From an uncultured delta proteobacterium (GTDB lineage: Bacteria; Myxococcota_A; Polyangia; Polyangiales; Polyangiaceae): DNA of 64,000 nt. A model generated the notes under the pieces. The model did not search any database. It saw only the letters and a program-made list of their open reading frames with translations, and was not told where the DNA came from. Both the position numbers and the translations under genes were made by a program. Below are positions 11,948 to 21,146 of this stretch, piece by piece. Each line of letters opens with the position of its first letter. Position 1 is the first letter of the stretch. The stretch lies in NCBI GenBank assembly GCA_963716725.1, contig CAVQUB010000015.1:96001-160000 (forward strand), in the 5' to 3' direction.

Positions 11948-12838
11948 ATGCAAGCCCGGGTGATTGTCACGGCCCTCACGCTTTGTTCCTTGCCCTTCGT
12001 CGCTTGCGGGCGGTCGGACATGGAAGATGACCTCGGGCCGCCCGGCATCGGTGCGGTCGGTGGCACGGGCACCGTCGACGGTGGCGGTTCCGGTGGCAGC
12101 GGCGGTTTTGGCGGCGTTGCCGGCTCCGGTGCCTTTGGCGGTGCTGGCGGATCGGGCGGGTTTGGCGGCGTCGCGGGTTCGGGGGCGTTTGGTGGCGTCG
12201 CGGGTTCGGGAGCGTTTGGTGGCACGGGTGGAATCGGTGGCACGGGTGGAATCGGTGGCACGGGTGGAATCGGTGGCACGGGTGGAATCGGTGGCACGGG
12301 TGGAACCGGCGGCACGGGTGGAACCGGCGGCACGGGTGGAACCGGCGGCATCAAGGACGGCGGCAACTTCTTCGACGCCTTCCCGTTCCCCGACAGCGGG
12401 CCGATTGCGGACTGCGTCACGTGCGCGGCGCAGAGCTGTCAGAACCAAGTGAACGCCTGCTACAACGATGCGGCCTGCGCTCAGGGGATCGTCTGCGCCG
12501 TGACCAGCTGCGGCGGCTTCAGCCTGCAGTGCGTGCTCCAGTGTTTCCAGGGTAAGTTCCAAGCGGCCATCAAGGCCTTCCAGGCCTTCACCTGTCTGGC
12601 GCAGAACTGCGGGCAGGACTGCGTCGGCGTCGTGACCGGGGGCCCCGGTGGGCCTCCACCCGGGCCCGGCGGCGGGAACGGGAGCGGGAACGGCGCTCCG
12701 ATGTCCCAGGTCCCGCCCCGCGCGGGAGGCTTCTACGGCGTGGTCACGCCCGAGCTCGCGGCCAGCAGCGGGTTGCCCGCGGGCCCCGTGTACCTGCCGT
12801 CGCTGGAGGTATTCGAGAGCGTCGGTCGAGCGCAGTGA
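11948..12838 (+). CDS. lipoprotein with Gly-rich linker and Cys-rich C-terminal domain
   Basis: Lipobox-like VAC-G, GGTGGI repeats, about 10 Cys in the C-terminal domain. Confidence 0.7.
   Translation: MQARVIVTALTLCSLPFVACGRSDMEDDLGPPGIGAVGGTGTVDGGGSGGSGGFGGVAGSGAFGGAGGSGGFGGVAGSGAFGGVAGSGAFGGTGGIGGTGGIGGTGGIGGTGGIGGTGGTGGTGGTGGTGGTGGIKDGGNFFDAFPFPDSGPIADCVTCAAQSCQNQVNACYNDAACAQGIVCAVTSCGGFSLQCVLQCFQGKFQAAIKAFQAFTCLAQNCGQDCVGVVTGGPGGPPPGPGGGNGSGNGAPMSQVPPRAGGFYGVVTPELAASSGLPAGPVYLPSLEVFESVGRAQ
12106..12350 (+). repeat. coding tandem repeats: 27-bp (FGGVAGSGA) and 18-bp (GGTGGI/T) units
   Basis: Repeated GGTGGCACGGGTGGAATC and TTTGGCGGCGTCGCGGGTTCGGGGGCG-type units. Confidence 0.85.
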
Positions 12839-12845
12839 GCTGCGT

Positions 12846-13858
12846 TCAGAGCAGAAGTTGCTCGGCGAGCTCACGCATCAAGTCCTGAGTGCCTTCGTGG
12901 GTGGCGGCGCTGATGAGGCGCAGGTCCTTGCCCAGCTTCGAGAACTCGGCCTTCAGCTCGGGGTAGGCTTCGCGTACGTCCGGTAAATCGGCCTTGCTCA
13001 TGGCGATGAGCTCCGGGCGCGCGAGCATTTCGGGGTTGAAAGCGCCCAGCTCCTGCCGGAGGGAGTGATAGTCCGCGAGGGGGAGCGGCCTGGCTCCTCG
13101 CAGAGCGTGATCAAGTGCAGCAACACGCGAGTGCGTTCGACGTGTTTCAAGAACCGGATGCCGAGGCCCGCACCCTGGCTGGCGCCGGGGATGAGGCCCG
13201 GGATGTCGGCGAGCACGAAGCTCTTGCCCAGTCCGCCGCGGTGATCGCCGACGCTGACGACGCCGAGGTGCGGAACCAGGGTGGTGAAGGGGTAGTCGGC
13301 GATCTTCGGGTGCGCGCGGCTCACGGTGCTGATCAGCGTGCTCTTGCCGACGTTCGGGTAGCCGAGGATCCCGACATCGGCCATCACCTTGAGCTCGAGC
13401 CGGAGGTTTCGCTGTTCACCGGGCTCACCGGGCTCGGCACGACGCGGTGCTCGTTCGACGCTACTGGTGAAATGCTTGTTGCCGCGGCCGCCCTTGCCGC
13501 CTTTCGCCACGATGAAGCGCTCGCCGGGCCGAGTCAGCTCGGTGAGTCGTTCCTGCCGATCCACGTCCACCACGATGGTGCCGAGGGGGACTCGGAGCTC
13601 GGCGTCGGCGCCGGATCTGCCATACATGTCTTTGCCACCGCCGGGATCGCCGGTGTGGGCTCGGAGAACGCGGAGGTGGGCCAGGTCGTACAGGGTGCCG
13701 AGGCCCGAGTCGGCGACGAACACGACGTCGCCGCCGCGGCCGCCGTCGCCGCCCGACGGACCGCCGAACGGCAGGAACTTCTCGCGGCGAAACGCGATGG
13801 CGCCGCGGCCGCCGTCGCCGGCCTCGACGCGCAAATTGCATTCGTCGACGAAACGCAT
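12846..13858 (-). CDS. obgE: GTPase ObgE/CgtA (frameshift in G run 13079-13083, probable sequence error)
   Basis: [33 protein letters not shown]; one extra C joins to [20 protein letters not shown]. Confidence 0.93.
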
Positions 13859-13900
13859 TGGATCACGCCTGGGGGCGTGGGCGGGGGGAGGCCTCGGGGC

Positions 13901-14533
13901 TCACTTCCGACCGGTTGGTGGCTTGAGCGGAAGCGCCGCCGCTTGTTGAGCGCGGGCCGCCGCCGGGCGCTGACCTGACTGCACGGCGTCGATGGCTTCG
14001 ACTGCGGCGAGCACGGCTTCGACACCGAGCTCGCGCGCCGGTGCCTCGTGAAACAGCCGCGGCACGCGCTCGAGCCGGAGCGTCGTCGCCTTGCTCAGAT
14101 CGATCTCGCGCTCCACGAAGGCCTCGAACGAGGCGAAGCCCTTGGCCTCGTACAGGCGCCCGTCCCTGATCATGCCGAGCACCTGTCCGAGCTCGAAGAA
14201 CTTGTCGTTGGCGTGCTTGCGCAGGGCGCGGATCCGGACCATCGCGTTGTGCAACTCGGCGATCTTCGCCTTGATGAGCTCGGCCTTCTCGGGGGTGCGC
14301 AGGGTCGCGCGGGCGCTCCCAGGGGGTGGAGGAGAGGCGTTGCGGGCCCGGGCCTCCGCGGCGTGTTTGGCGGCGTGGCGGGCCGCCCAGGGGGCAGCGC
14401 CACGAAGTCCGCTCCGCTTGCCGTCGACGTCGGCGTCGGCACCCTTCTTGGACCCAGCCTTGGAGGCGGCCTTCTTCGCCCCCTTGGTGGCCGAAGGCGC
14501 CGATTTCTCTTTGGTTTTCGGTTTCTTCCCCAT
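13901..14533 (-). CDS. hypothetical DNA-binding protein with Lys/Ala-rich tail and DUF3102-like helical domain
   Basis: KKAASKAGSKK tail; ELGQVLGMIRDGRLYEAKGFASFEAFVEREIDLSKAT. Confidence 0.55.
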   Translation of the reverse strand: MGKKPKTKEKSAPSATKGAKKAASKAGSKKGADADVDGKRSGLRGAAPWAARHAAKHAAEARARNASPPPPGSARATLRTPEKAELIKAKIAELHNAMVRIRALRKHANDKFFELGQVLGMIRDGRLYEAKGFASFEAFVEREIDLSKATTLRLERVPRLFHEAPARELGVEAVLAAVEAIDAVQSGQRPAAARAQQAAALPLKPPTGRK

Positions 14534-14676
14534 CGTGACTTCCCCCGGGGCCCCGCCGAACTCGGCGCGCTTCGGGGCTCATGAGCGCTGCTGGCTCGGA
14601 GCGTAGTCCAAGCCGTGCCCGCGCGCCAAATTCCCCTTTTCGGAATCGCAGGGTGGGACGTGCTAGACGCCGGCGG

Positions 14677-15720
14677 GTGACGGATCCGAGCGTGCCACCG
14701 CCGAGCGAACGCATCGCGGTCGTGGTGAACGGAAACGCCAAGAGCGTCACCGCCGAGGTGATCTCGACTCTCGACCAAATCCTGCTCGGCGGCGACCTGT
14801 TTGTCTCGCGACGCCTCGAGGACGCCACGGAGATCGCTCGAACGCTGGTCAGTCGCGGCTACGGGACGGTGCTCACGGGAGGGGGCGATGGGACCTTCAC
14901 GGTGATGGTCACCGAAGTAGTTCGCGAAGCGACCGCGGCCGGCAAGCCGGTGCCGCGCTTCGGGCTCTTGAAGCTGGGCACCGGAAACGCGCTCGCGTGG
15001 GTCGCAGGGGCGAGTCGGGCCAAGGGGCGAGGGCTCTCAGCAGACATCCAGCGACTGCAGGAAGACGCCGGAAGCCGCTGGCTGCGCTTGGTCGACGTCG
15101 AGGGATTCCTCGCGCCATTCGCGGGGTTCGGCGTCGATGCTGTGGTTCTGGACGACTACTCGCAGGTCCGAGCCATGCTCGCCCGTACCCCGCTCAAGCG
15201 CTACGCGCCGGGTGGGCTCAGCTACCTGGTCTCGTCGGTGACGCGCTCGCTACCCAAGTTCTTGATCCGGCCCGTTCCTCACTGCCGGGTGCGCAACGAC
15301 GGCGCCGAAGCCTACCGGATCGGCGAAAAGGGCGGGCGGGTCGGCCAGCCCATCGCCCAAGGCGAGATCATCTACGAAGGCCCCGCGCGCATCGCCGGCC
15401 TGTCGACCATTCCGTACTACGGCTTCGGCTTTCGGATGTTCCCCTTCGCGGACGAGCACCCGGGGAGGATGCAGCTCCGGGTATCCACCATCAGTTCCCT
15501 GGGATTCGTGCGGAATTTCCCGGGAATTTGGCGGGGCGACTATCACGACCCAAACGTGGTCTTCGACTACTTGGTGGAGGCCGTGACCCTGGAGATGGAT
15601 CCGCCCACGGAGTTCCAGATCGGTGGGGATCCTCGCGGCGAACGGGTCCGGGTGCGAGCGCGGGTGTCGCGTGAGCCCATTCGCCTCGTCGACTTCTACG
15701 CTCCGCCCAGCGCCACCTGA
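14677..15720 (+). CDS. diacylglycerol kinase-family protein
   Basis: VVVNGNA, GGGDGT, LGTGNA, GFGVDA; start uncertain (14581 or 14677). Confidence 0.85.
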   Translation: MTDPSVPPPSERIAVVVNGNAKSVTAEVISTLDQILLGGDLFVSRRLEDATEIARTLVSRGYGTVLTGGGDGTFTVMVTEVVREATAAGKPVPRFGLLKLGTGNALAWVAGASRAKGRGLSADIQRLQEDAGSRWLRLVDVEGFLAPFAGFGVDAVVLDDYSQVRAMLARTPLKRYAPGGLSYLVSSVTRSLPKFLIRPVPHCRVRNDGAEAYRIGEKGGRVGQPIAQGEIIYEGPARIAGLSTIPYYGFGFRMFPFADEHPGRMQLRVSTISSLGFVRNFPGIWRGDYHDPNVVFDYLVEAVTLEMDPPTEFQIGGDPRGERVRVRARVSREPIRLVDFYAPPSAT

Positions 15721-15770
15721 GGCGCGATTTCGGTGGGATTGTCCAAGACTTGTACGGCATCATGGACGTG

Positions 15771-16203
15771 ATGCGGAAGCTGGCATTCGCGATCGTGGCG
15801 GCGGCCGGCGTTTGGGCGGAGAGTGTCGCGGCCGAGCCGCCGTCGGACGAGGCCCGCCTCGCGTGTCGACGCGAAGCGGCGCCGGGGCGAGTGCTCTGCG
15901 AACTCGAAGTGGAGGTCGCGCGGGGTCGCCTCGCGTGGGCGGACGCGCTGGTCGAGCGCACGCCGGAGTTCGCTCGCGCCCTCCGATTCTCGGGTCGGTC
16001 CTCGGAGCGCCACCGGGGGCACCGCTCGCCGCTTGCGGCTCCCCCTGGCCCTCGCCGCCACGTCCACCGGACAAGGTGAACTCGGGGTACGCGCCCGATG
16101 GGTCGCCTGCGCTCCCCTCGCTACCGGACGCGAGTTGTGTTCACCGCGGACCCGAATGCTCAGCGCCCGCGTGGAAGTCGGGTCCGACTCCGCCGGGCGA
16201 TGA
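15771..16203 (+). CDS. secreted hypothetical protein (extra T near 15988 splits the frame)
   Basis: Signal peptide; removing one T gives LRSRVGPRSATG..VAC..LCSP; stop overlaps next ATG. Confidence 0.55.
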
Positions 16204-17630
16204 TGGCGCGGCGGTTCATGCGCATGGCGGAGCTCGAACGCCTCTCCGGAGTGCCGCGCGAGACCATCCACTACTACCTGCGGGAGGGGCTGCTGCCGGC
16301 GCCGAGCCGCCAGGGAAAGACCCAGGCGCTGTACGACGACGGGCACCTCGAGCGCCTCCGGCTCGTGCGCCAGTTGCGCGAGGAAAAGTACCTACCAGTC
16401 GCGGTGATACGCTCGATCCTTCGAGCAGGGCTCGAGGGTCCGACGGGGCGCGATTTGGACACCCTGGCGGACGTGCTGCGCATCGATCCGCATTTGGGCG
16501 CAGCGGCCGCGCCGGCGGTCGTCGCCGACGAAGAGGTCCACCGCGTCGCCCACGAACTCGGGGTGCTGGCGCCCGGCGAGAGCGCCGACGACCCGACGGT
16601 CGCGCGGGTGCTCGCGACCGTGGCCGAGGTCGTCGGGCTCGAGGGAGTGGCGCGGGATCTCACCCTCGATGATCTTCGGGTCTGCGCGCCCAAGGTAGGG
16701 GCGCTGGTCGAAGCCGAGGCAGCGGTGTTCTTCGACTTGGTGATCCGGCGCGGCGAGATGGCCGAGCCGGTGGCGGCGCTCCGAGCCGGGCGCTCGGCGG
16801 TGGCGCGATTCATCGCCGCATATCGCGATCTGACCCTGCGGCGCATCGTGGAGGAGCTGATCTCGGCGGTCCAGAACGCGGCATCCGAGGTCGAGGGCGC
16901 GAGCCCGCTTCCGCTCGGCGTGGAGCTCGTGGAGCGCCTGGGGGCCGACGATCGCCGCGCCCAGCTCGCGGCGGGCGCGCGGCGCGGAGATCCGGCCAAC
17001 GCCAACGATCTGGTGTGGCACCTGTTTGCGGTGGGCCCCACCCGGGAGCTCGCGAGGCTTTCGGGTTCGATCCGCGCGCTGCTCCGACCGCGGGCAGAGC
17101 TGCTGGTGGCCGCCAGCAAGGATCCACGGGGACTCGACGGCATCTTGTCCCGGGCGGGCAGCTTTCCGCTGGGCGAGATCCTCGCGGCGGAGATCGCCTT
17201 GAGCAGCGCGCTTCGGGATGAACACGCCGGTGAGGGGCTGCTCGAGCGCGTGGTTCCGGCGCTCCGCCGCTTGTTCGACGCTGATCCCGGGCGCGACGCC
17301 GATCCGCTGGCGTCAGCCCTCGGGTTTCTTCGGCGCGGTCTGGTGGGGGTCGCGCTGCCGAGGGCGCTGGGGCGCGGACCCCAGGCCGCACGCGATCTTC
17401 AAGCAGCGCTCGGCGTCGCCCTGGGCTCGCCGGGGCACCTCCACCCCGCCGCCCACGCCTGCATCGAGGCCAACGCGCGGCTGGCCCTCGGTCGATACCT
17501 GCTCGCGCGAGGCGGTCGCGCCGACGCGCGGGTGCAGATCTCGCGCGCCGCGGCCATCGACCCCACCGGTCCGGTGGGGCGTACGGCGGAGAGCCTCGAG
17601 ATCTTGGCCACCGGTGAGCCCGCGGGGTAA
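16200..17630 (+). CDS. MerR-family regulator with long helical/TPR-like C-terminus
   Basis: MerR HTH MAELERLSGVPRETIHYYLREGLLP. Confidence 0.8.
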   Translation: MMARRFMRMAELERLSGVPRETIHYYLREGLLPAPSRQGKTQALYDDGHLERLRLVRQLREEKYLPVAVIRSILRAGLEGPTGRDLDTLADVLRIDPHLGAAAAPAVVADEEVHRVAHELGVLAPGESADDPTVARVLATVAEVVGLEGVARDLTLDDLRVCAPKVGALVEAEAAVFFDLVIRRGEMAEPVAALRAGRSAVARFIAAYRDLTLRRIVEELISAVQNAASEVEGASPLPLGVELVERLGADDRRAQLAAGARRGDPANANDLVWHLFAVGPTRELARLSGSIRALLRPRAELLVAASKDPRGLDGILSRAGSFPLGEILAAEIALSSALRDEHAGEGLLERVVPALRRLFDADPGRDADPLASALGFLRRGLVGVALPRALGRGPQAARDLQAALGVALGSPGHLHPAAHACIEANARLALGRYLLARGGRADARVQISRAAAIDPTGPVGRTAESLEILATGEPAG

Positions 17631-17639
17631 TGCCCGAGC

Positions 17640-18356
17640 ATGCGGCTTCCCGGTCGACTGTCGGCCACCACCCTCGGCGATCTGATCGGAAGCGCCCACC
17701 GCGATCGGACGAGCGGAGTGCTCGAGCTGATCGAGGTGGACGGCCCTTCGCGGGGACGCGTGCATCGGATCCACTTCCGAGCCGGCCTGGTGTCGAGAGT
17801 CGAAACGGCGCTCCGGGTGCCGCGCGTCGGGGCGATCCTCGAGGAGCAAGGGTTCATCGGCAACGAGGCGCTCCGGCACCTCGACCGCGAGCTCAGGCGA
17901 TCACCGCAGCGCAGAGCCGGCGAGATCTTGGTCGACGACGCGCGGCTGTCCCCCAACGCCCTCAGCGCTGCGCTCCGGCGCCAACTCAGGCAGAAGCTCG
18001 ACGCTCTGTTCACGCTCAAAGACGCGGAGATCAGGTTCCGGGTGGCTCGACCCGAGGCGGAGCGCTCGATCCCGCTGTCGCCGCGGGAGTTTTTGCATGG
18101 CCGGGCGCGCAAGCGCGACGGCGAGGCGGCTCCAAGCGCTCGGCCGCGCACGGGGCGGGAGCAGGCGAGGGCTCGGGCGCTCGCGGTGCTCGGCCTCGGT
18201 CCCGACGCGAGCGCCGTCTCGGTTCAGCGAGCCTTCCGCGCCCAGGCCTCGGCGGTGCACCCGGACCGCCACCCGAAGGCCTCGAACGCCGAGCGCGCGT
18301 CGTTGCTCGAGCGCTTTGCCCTTCTCAGCGCGGCGTATCACTCCTTGGTGGCCTGA
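17640..18356 (+). CDS. DUF4388-like domain plus C-terminal J-domain protein
   Basis: GRLSATTLGDLI N-terminus; J-domain with HPD (VHPDRH). Confidence 0.8.
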   Translation: MRLPGRLSATTLGDLIGSAHRDRTSGVLELIEVDGPSRGRVHRIHFRAGLVSRVETALRVPRVGAILEEQGFIGNEALRHLDRELRRSPQRRAGEILVDDARLSPNALSAALRRQLRQKLDALFTLKDAEIRFRVARPEAERSIPLSPREFLHGRARKRDGEAAPSARPRTGREQARARALAVLGLGPDASAVSVQRAFRAQASAVHPDRHPKASNAERASLLERFALLSAAYHSLVA

Positions 18357-19006
18357 GCCCTGCGCCAGCGGTAAAGCAGGGGCCCGAGATCGCCGATGCG
18401 GTCGAGCAGCGCGTCGGGAGCTCTCTCCGCGAGCGCGGCTCGAGGTACGATGTTCCCGACGATGCCGACGGTGCGCGCTCCCGCACGCCGTCCGCAGTCG
18501 ACGTCTTGCGGCCCGTCTCCGACCATGACCGTCGACGCGGGCGCGATGCCCACGCGCGAGCAGAGCCCGAGTAGCGGCGCGGGGTGCGGCTTCTTCTCGG
18601 CCGCGTCGTCACCGGCACTCACGGCTTGGAAGAACGACCTCATGCCCAGCGCTCGAAGCACGCGTTCAGTCGTGCGTCGGGGCTTGTTCGTGCACAGCGC
18701 GAGGGGGAGGCGCCGGTGGAGCGTCACCAGCAGCGCGAGCGCTCCCGTCATGGGGCGAGTCTGGTCCGTGGCGTGTGCCGAGTAGTAGTCGAGGAATACG
18801 CGGAGGGCGGGCTCCAGATCCGGGTCGGACTCGGAGATGCCCGTCGCTCGCGCCATCAGCGTGCGCGCTCCGTCGCCCACGTAGCTCGTGACGACCTGAT
18901 CGGGCAGCGGCGCTCTCCCTCCGGCAGCCAGCGCGAAATTCGTCGCGCGCACGATATCCGCCCGGGAATCGACCAGCGTTCCGTCCAGATCGAAGACGAC
19001 GAACAC
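18338..19006 (-). CDS. HAD-family hydrolase (phosphoglycolate phosphatase-like)
   Basis: FDLDGTLVDS, CTNKP, KPHP, MVGD. Confidence 0.9.
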   Translation of the reverse strand: MFVVFDLDGTLVDSRADIVRATNFALAAGGRAPLPDQVVTSYVGDGARTLMARATGISESDPDLEPALRVFLDYYSAHATDQTRPMTGALALLVTLHRRLPLALCTNKPRRTTERVLRALGMRSFFQAVSAGDDAAEKKPHPAPLLGLCSRVGIAPASTVMVGDGPQDVDCGRRAGARTVGIVGNIVPRAALAERAPDALLDRIGDLGPLLYRWRRAQATKE

Positions 19007-19010
19007 TGCT

Positions 19011-19757
19011 TCAGCGCCCGGCGTGTCGCCACACCGCGCGGCCCACGAAGAAGGGGCCCATCTTTTCCATGTATTCGGCGGTTTGGCGAGTGCGCCGCAT
19101 CGACTGCACGACGTGGGAAAGCGGATACAGTTCCTTGCCGACGAGTCCGATCACGAAGTCGTTGTCGTTCTGATCGAGCCCGTGGCATGCGAGGCGAATG
19201 TCGTGCGCGAGATCCGCGTCGCCGTACGATCGCCCAATGCCACCATGCTCGCGCATGATGCCGCCGCGGTCCTTGGCGTCGAGGCGCTCGAAGGCGCCGG
19301 TGCGGCGCAGCGGGTACCAAATCGCCCACGGCCAGGCTTCGTTCAGCGCCGTCGCGCGCGGGCGCTCGAGGACCCAAAACGGCAGATCTTGCTCGAACCC
19401 CGTCGAGTAGGTGCGCCCGAGCATGCTCATCTCCGGCCGCGGCGTGAGTCCGATCAGCTCCTCGCCGTTGGTGGCGGGCCGCAGTTTGCTCAAGAAGTCG
19501 GCAGGCTCCTCCGAGAAGCCCAGCAGGCCGATGCCATGGGGGTGGTGCACGTCCTCGTAAATGACGGAGGGCATGCCGGCCTTCTCGAGGCGAGCAGCGA
19601 GCAACTCGGTGGCGCGCGCGGGCGGCAGCGTCGGACCGCACTCGAAGCAGGTGAGCTGCATGAAGAGTCGGCGGTCGAGAAACTGTGGCACGCCATCTTT
19701 GGGCGCGCCGCGCTCGCGCACGTCCACGGGTTGGGATTCGGGGGCGCCGTGGCTCAT
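19011..19757 (-). CDS. chlorite dismutase-family heme protein (coproheme decarboxylase ChdC/HemQ-like)
   Basis: WYPLRR..F, MREHGGIG (proximal His), GLDQNDNDFVIG, MGPFFVG. Confidence 0.8.
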   Translation of the reverse strand: MSHGAPESQPVDVRERGAPKDGVPQFLDRRLFMQLTCFECGPTLPPARATELLAARLEKAGMPSVIYEDVHHPHGIGLLGFSEEPADFLSKLRPATNGEELIGLTPRPEMSMLGRTYSTGFEQDLPFWVLERPRATALNEAWPWAIWYPLRRTGAFERLDAKDRGGIMREHGGIGRSYGDADLAHDIRLACHGLDQNDNDFVIGLVGKELYPLSHVVQSMRRTRQTAEYMEKMGPFFVGRAVWRHAGR

Positions 19758-19883
19758 GGGCGCTTCGTAGCTCAAAAGGGCGGCTGGTGGCAGCCCTCCG
19801 CGGCGCTGGGCGGGGACTTCTCGACGCTTCCACGCGGTTGCGGTTCCCTCGGGATGAAAGATGGCCTATCGGAAACGCTGAGC

Positions 19884-21146
19884 ATGCGACCGGGTGAAGA
19901 CAGCCTGACGCACCCGCTTCCCGCGGGCATGCGCGACTTGCTGCCGGCCGAGAGCCGAGCGCTCTCGGCGCTGGGCCGTGGCCTGCTCGGGAGCTTCGAG
20001 CTGTTCGGCTACCAACGCGTGACGGTGCCCGTGTTCGAGTACGCGGCGGTGCTCGAGCGAGGTCTCGGCGCCCTCGACCCGCGCGAGGTGCTGCGCTTCG
20101 TGGAGCCGGAGTCCGGCGAGGTCGTCGCGCTGCGGCCCGACATGACGCCGCAGATTGCGCGTCTGGTCGCCACGCGACTGCGGGACGTGCCGGGGCCGGC
20201 GCGCCTGGCCTACGAAGGCTCGGTGGTGCGGCTTCGTCGCGAGCGCGCGCGGCGACATCGTCAGATCCCGCAGGCCGGCATCGAGCTCATCGGCAGCGCC
20301 GCGCCAGCCGGCGACTTCGAGGTGCTCGAGGTCGCGTGCTCGGCGCTTCGGCGATCCGGCCTCGACCGTTTCGTCCTCGACCTCGGTCACGCGCGCATCG
20401 CGGGCGCGTTGCTCGAGACTCTGCCGGAAGCAGCGCAGGCGGAGCTCGTGGAGGCGCTGGCGCAGAAGGACCACTTCGAGCTCGAACGCCGAGCTCGCGC
20501 CGCAAGCCTCGACGCCGAGATGGTGCGAGCATTGGTCGCGTTGACGGAGCTGCACGGTGGAGCGGAGATCTGGCCCGAGGCGCGGCGCCGGCTCGGGGCA
20601 ACGCCGGCGCGGACGGGCCTCGAGGAGCTCGAGCGGACGTGGGAGCGAGCGACGAGCCTCGCGATGGCGCCGGTGGTCAGCGTCGATCTCGGAGAGGTTC
20701 GAGATCTCGGCTACTACACCGGCGTGACTTTTCAGATGTTGGCAGAGGGCCCCGGTGCGCCGGTGGGGTCCGGAGGCCGCTACGACCGACTCCTGGAGTC
20801 CTTCGGCGCCCCGCGCCCCGCGGCCGGGTTCGCGGTCGCGCTCGATCATCTGAGCTGGGCCCTCGGCCAAGCGCCGGGGGCAGCCGCGCGGGTCCTGGTG
20901 AACGGACGCGATGTCGGAGCCGTGATCGCGGCGCTGCACGCCGACGGTGTGGCCGCAGCCGCGGCCCCAGAGCAGGTCTGGGAGCACGCGCGAGCTTGGC
21001 AGTTCAGCCACGTGCTCGAGCTCGAGCAAGGCCGGACGCTGCTCATTCGTGTCGCCGATGGACGGCAAAGCGAAATCCCGATGGCCGAGTCCGGTCCCAT
21101 TTCACGCGCTGTCGCGCAAGCCCTCGAGAAGGAGCAAAGTCAATGA
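19884..21146 (+). CDS. hisZ: ATP phosphoribosyltransferase regulatory subunit
   Basis: LPAGMRDLL, LRPDMTPQIAR, QAGIELIG, YYTG, GGRYD; upstream of purA. Confidence 0.9.
   Translation: MRPGEDSLTHPLPAGMRDLLPAESRALSALGRGLLGSFELFGYQRVTVPVFEYAAVLERGLGALDPREVLRFVEPESGEVVALRPDMTPQIARLVATRLRDVPGPARLAYEGSVVRLRRERARRHRQIPQAGIELIGSAAPAGDFEVLEVACSALRRSGLDRFVLDLGHARIAGALLETLPEAAQAELVEALAQKDHFELERRARAASLDAEMVRALVALTELHGGAEIWPEARRRLGATPARTGLEELERTWERATSLAMAPVVSVDLGEVRDLGYYTGVTFQMLAEGPGAPVGSGGRYDRLLESFGAPRPAAGFAVALDHLSWALGQAPGAAARVLVNGRDVGAVIAALHADGVAAAAAPEQVWEHARAWQFSHVLELEQGRTLLIRVADGRQSEIPMAESGPISRAVAQALEKEQSQ

Noticed and set aside
11932..12420. Pro-rich antisense ORFs (also 43871-44371)
   Set aside because: They are mirror images of the Gly-rich linkers on the coding strand.
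12846..13858. obgE, E1 beta and dciA-like as pseudogenes or programmed frameshifts
   Set aside because: Single-base breaks with otherwise intact genes, no canonical slippery heptamer, and many similar breaks across the window; sequencing error is more likely.
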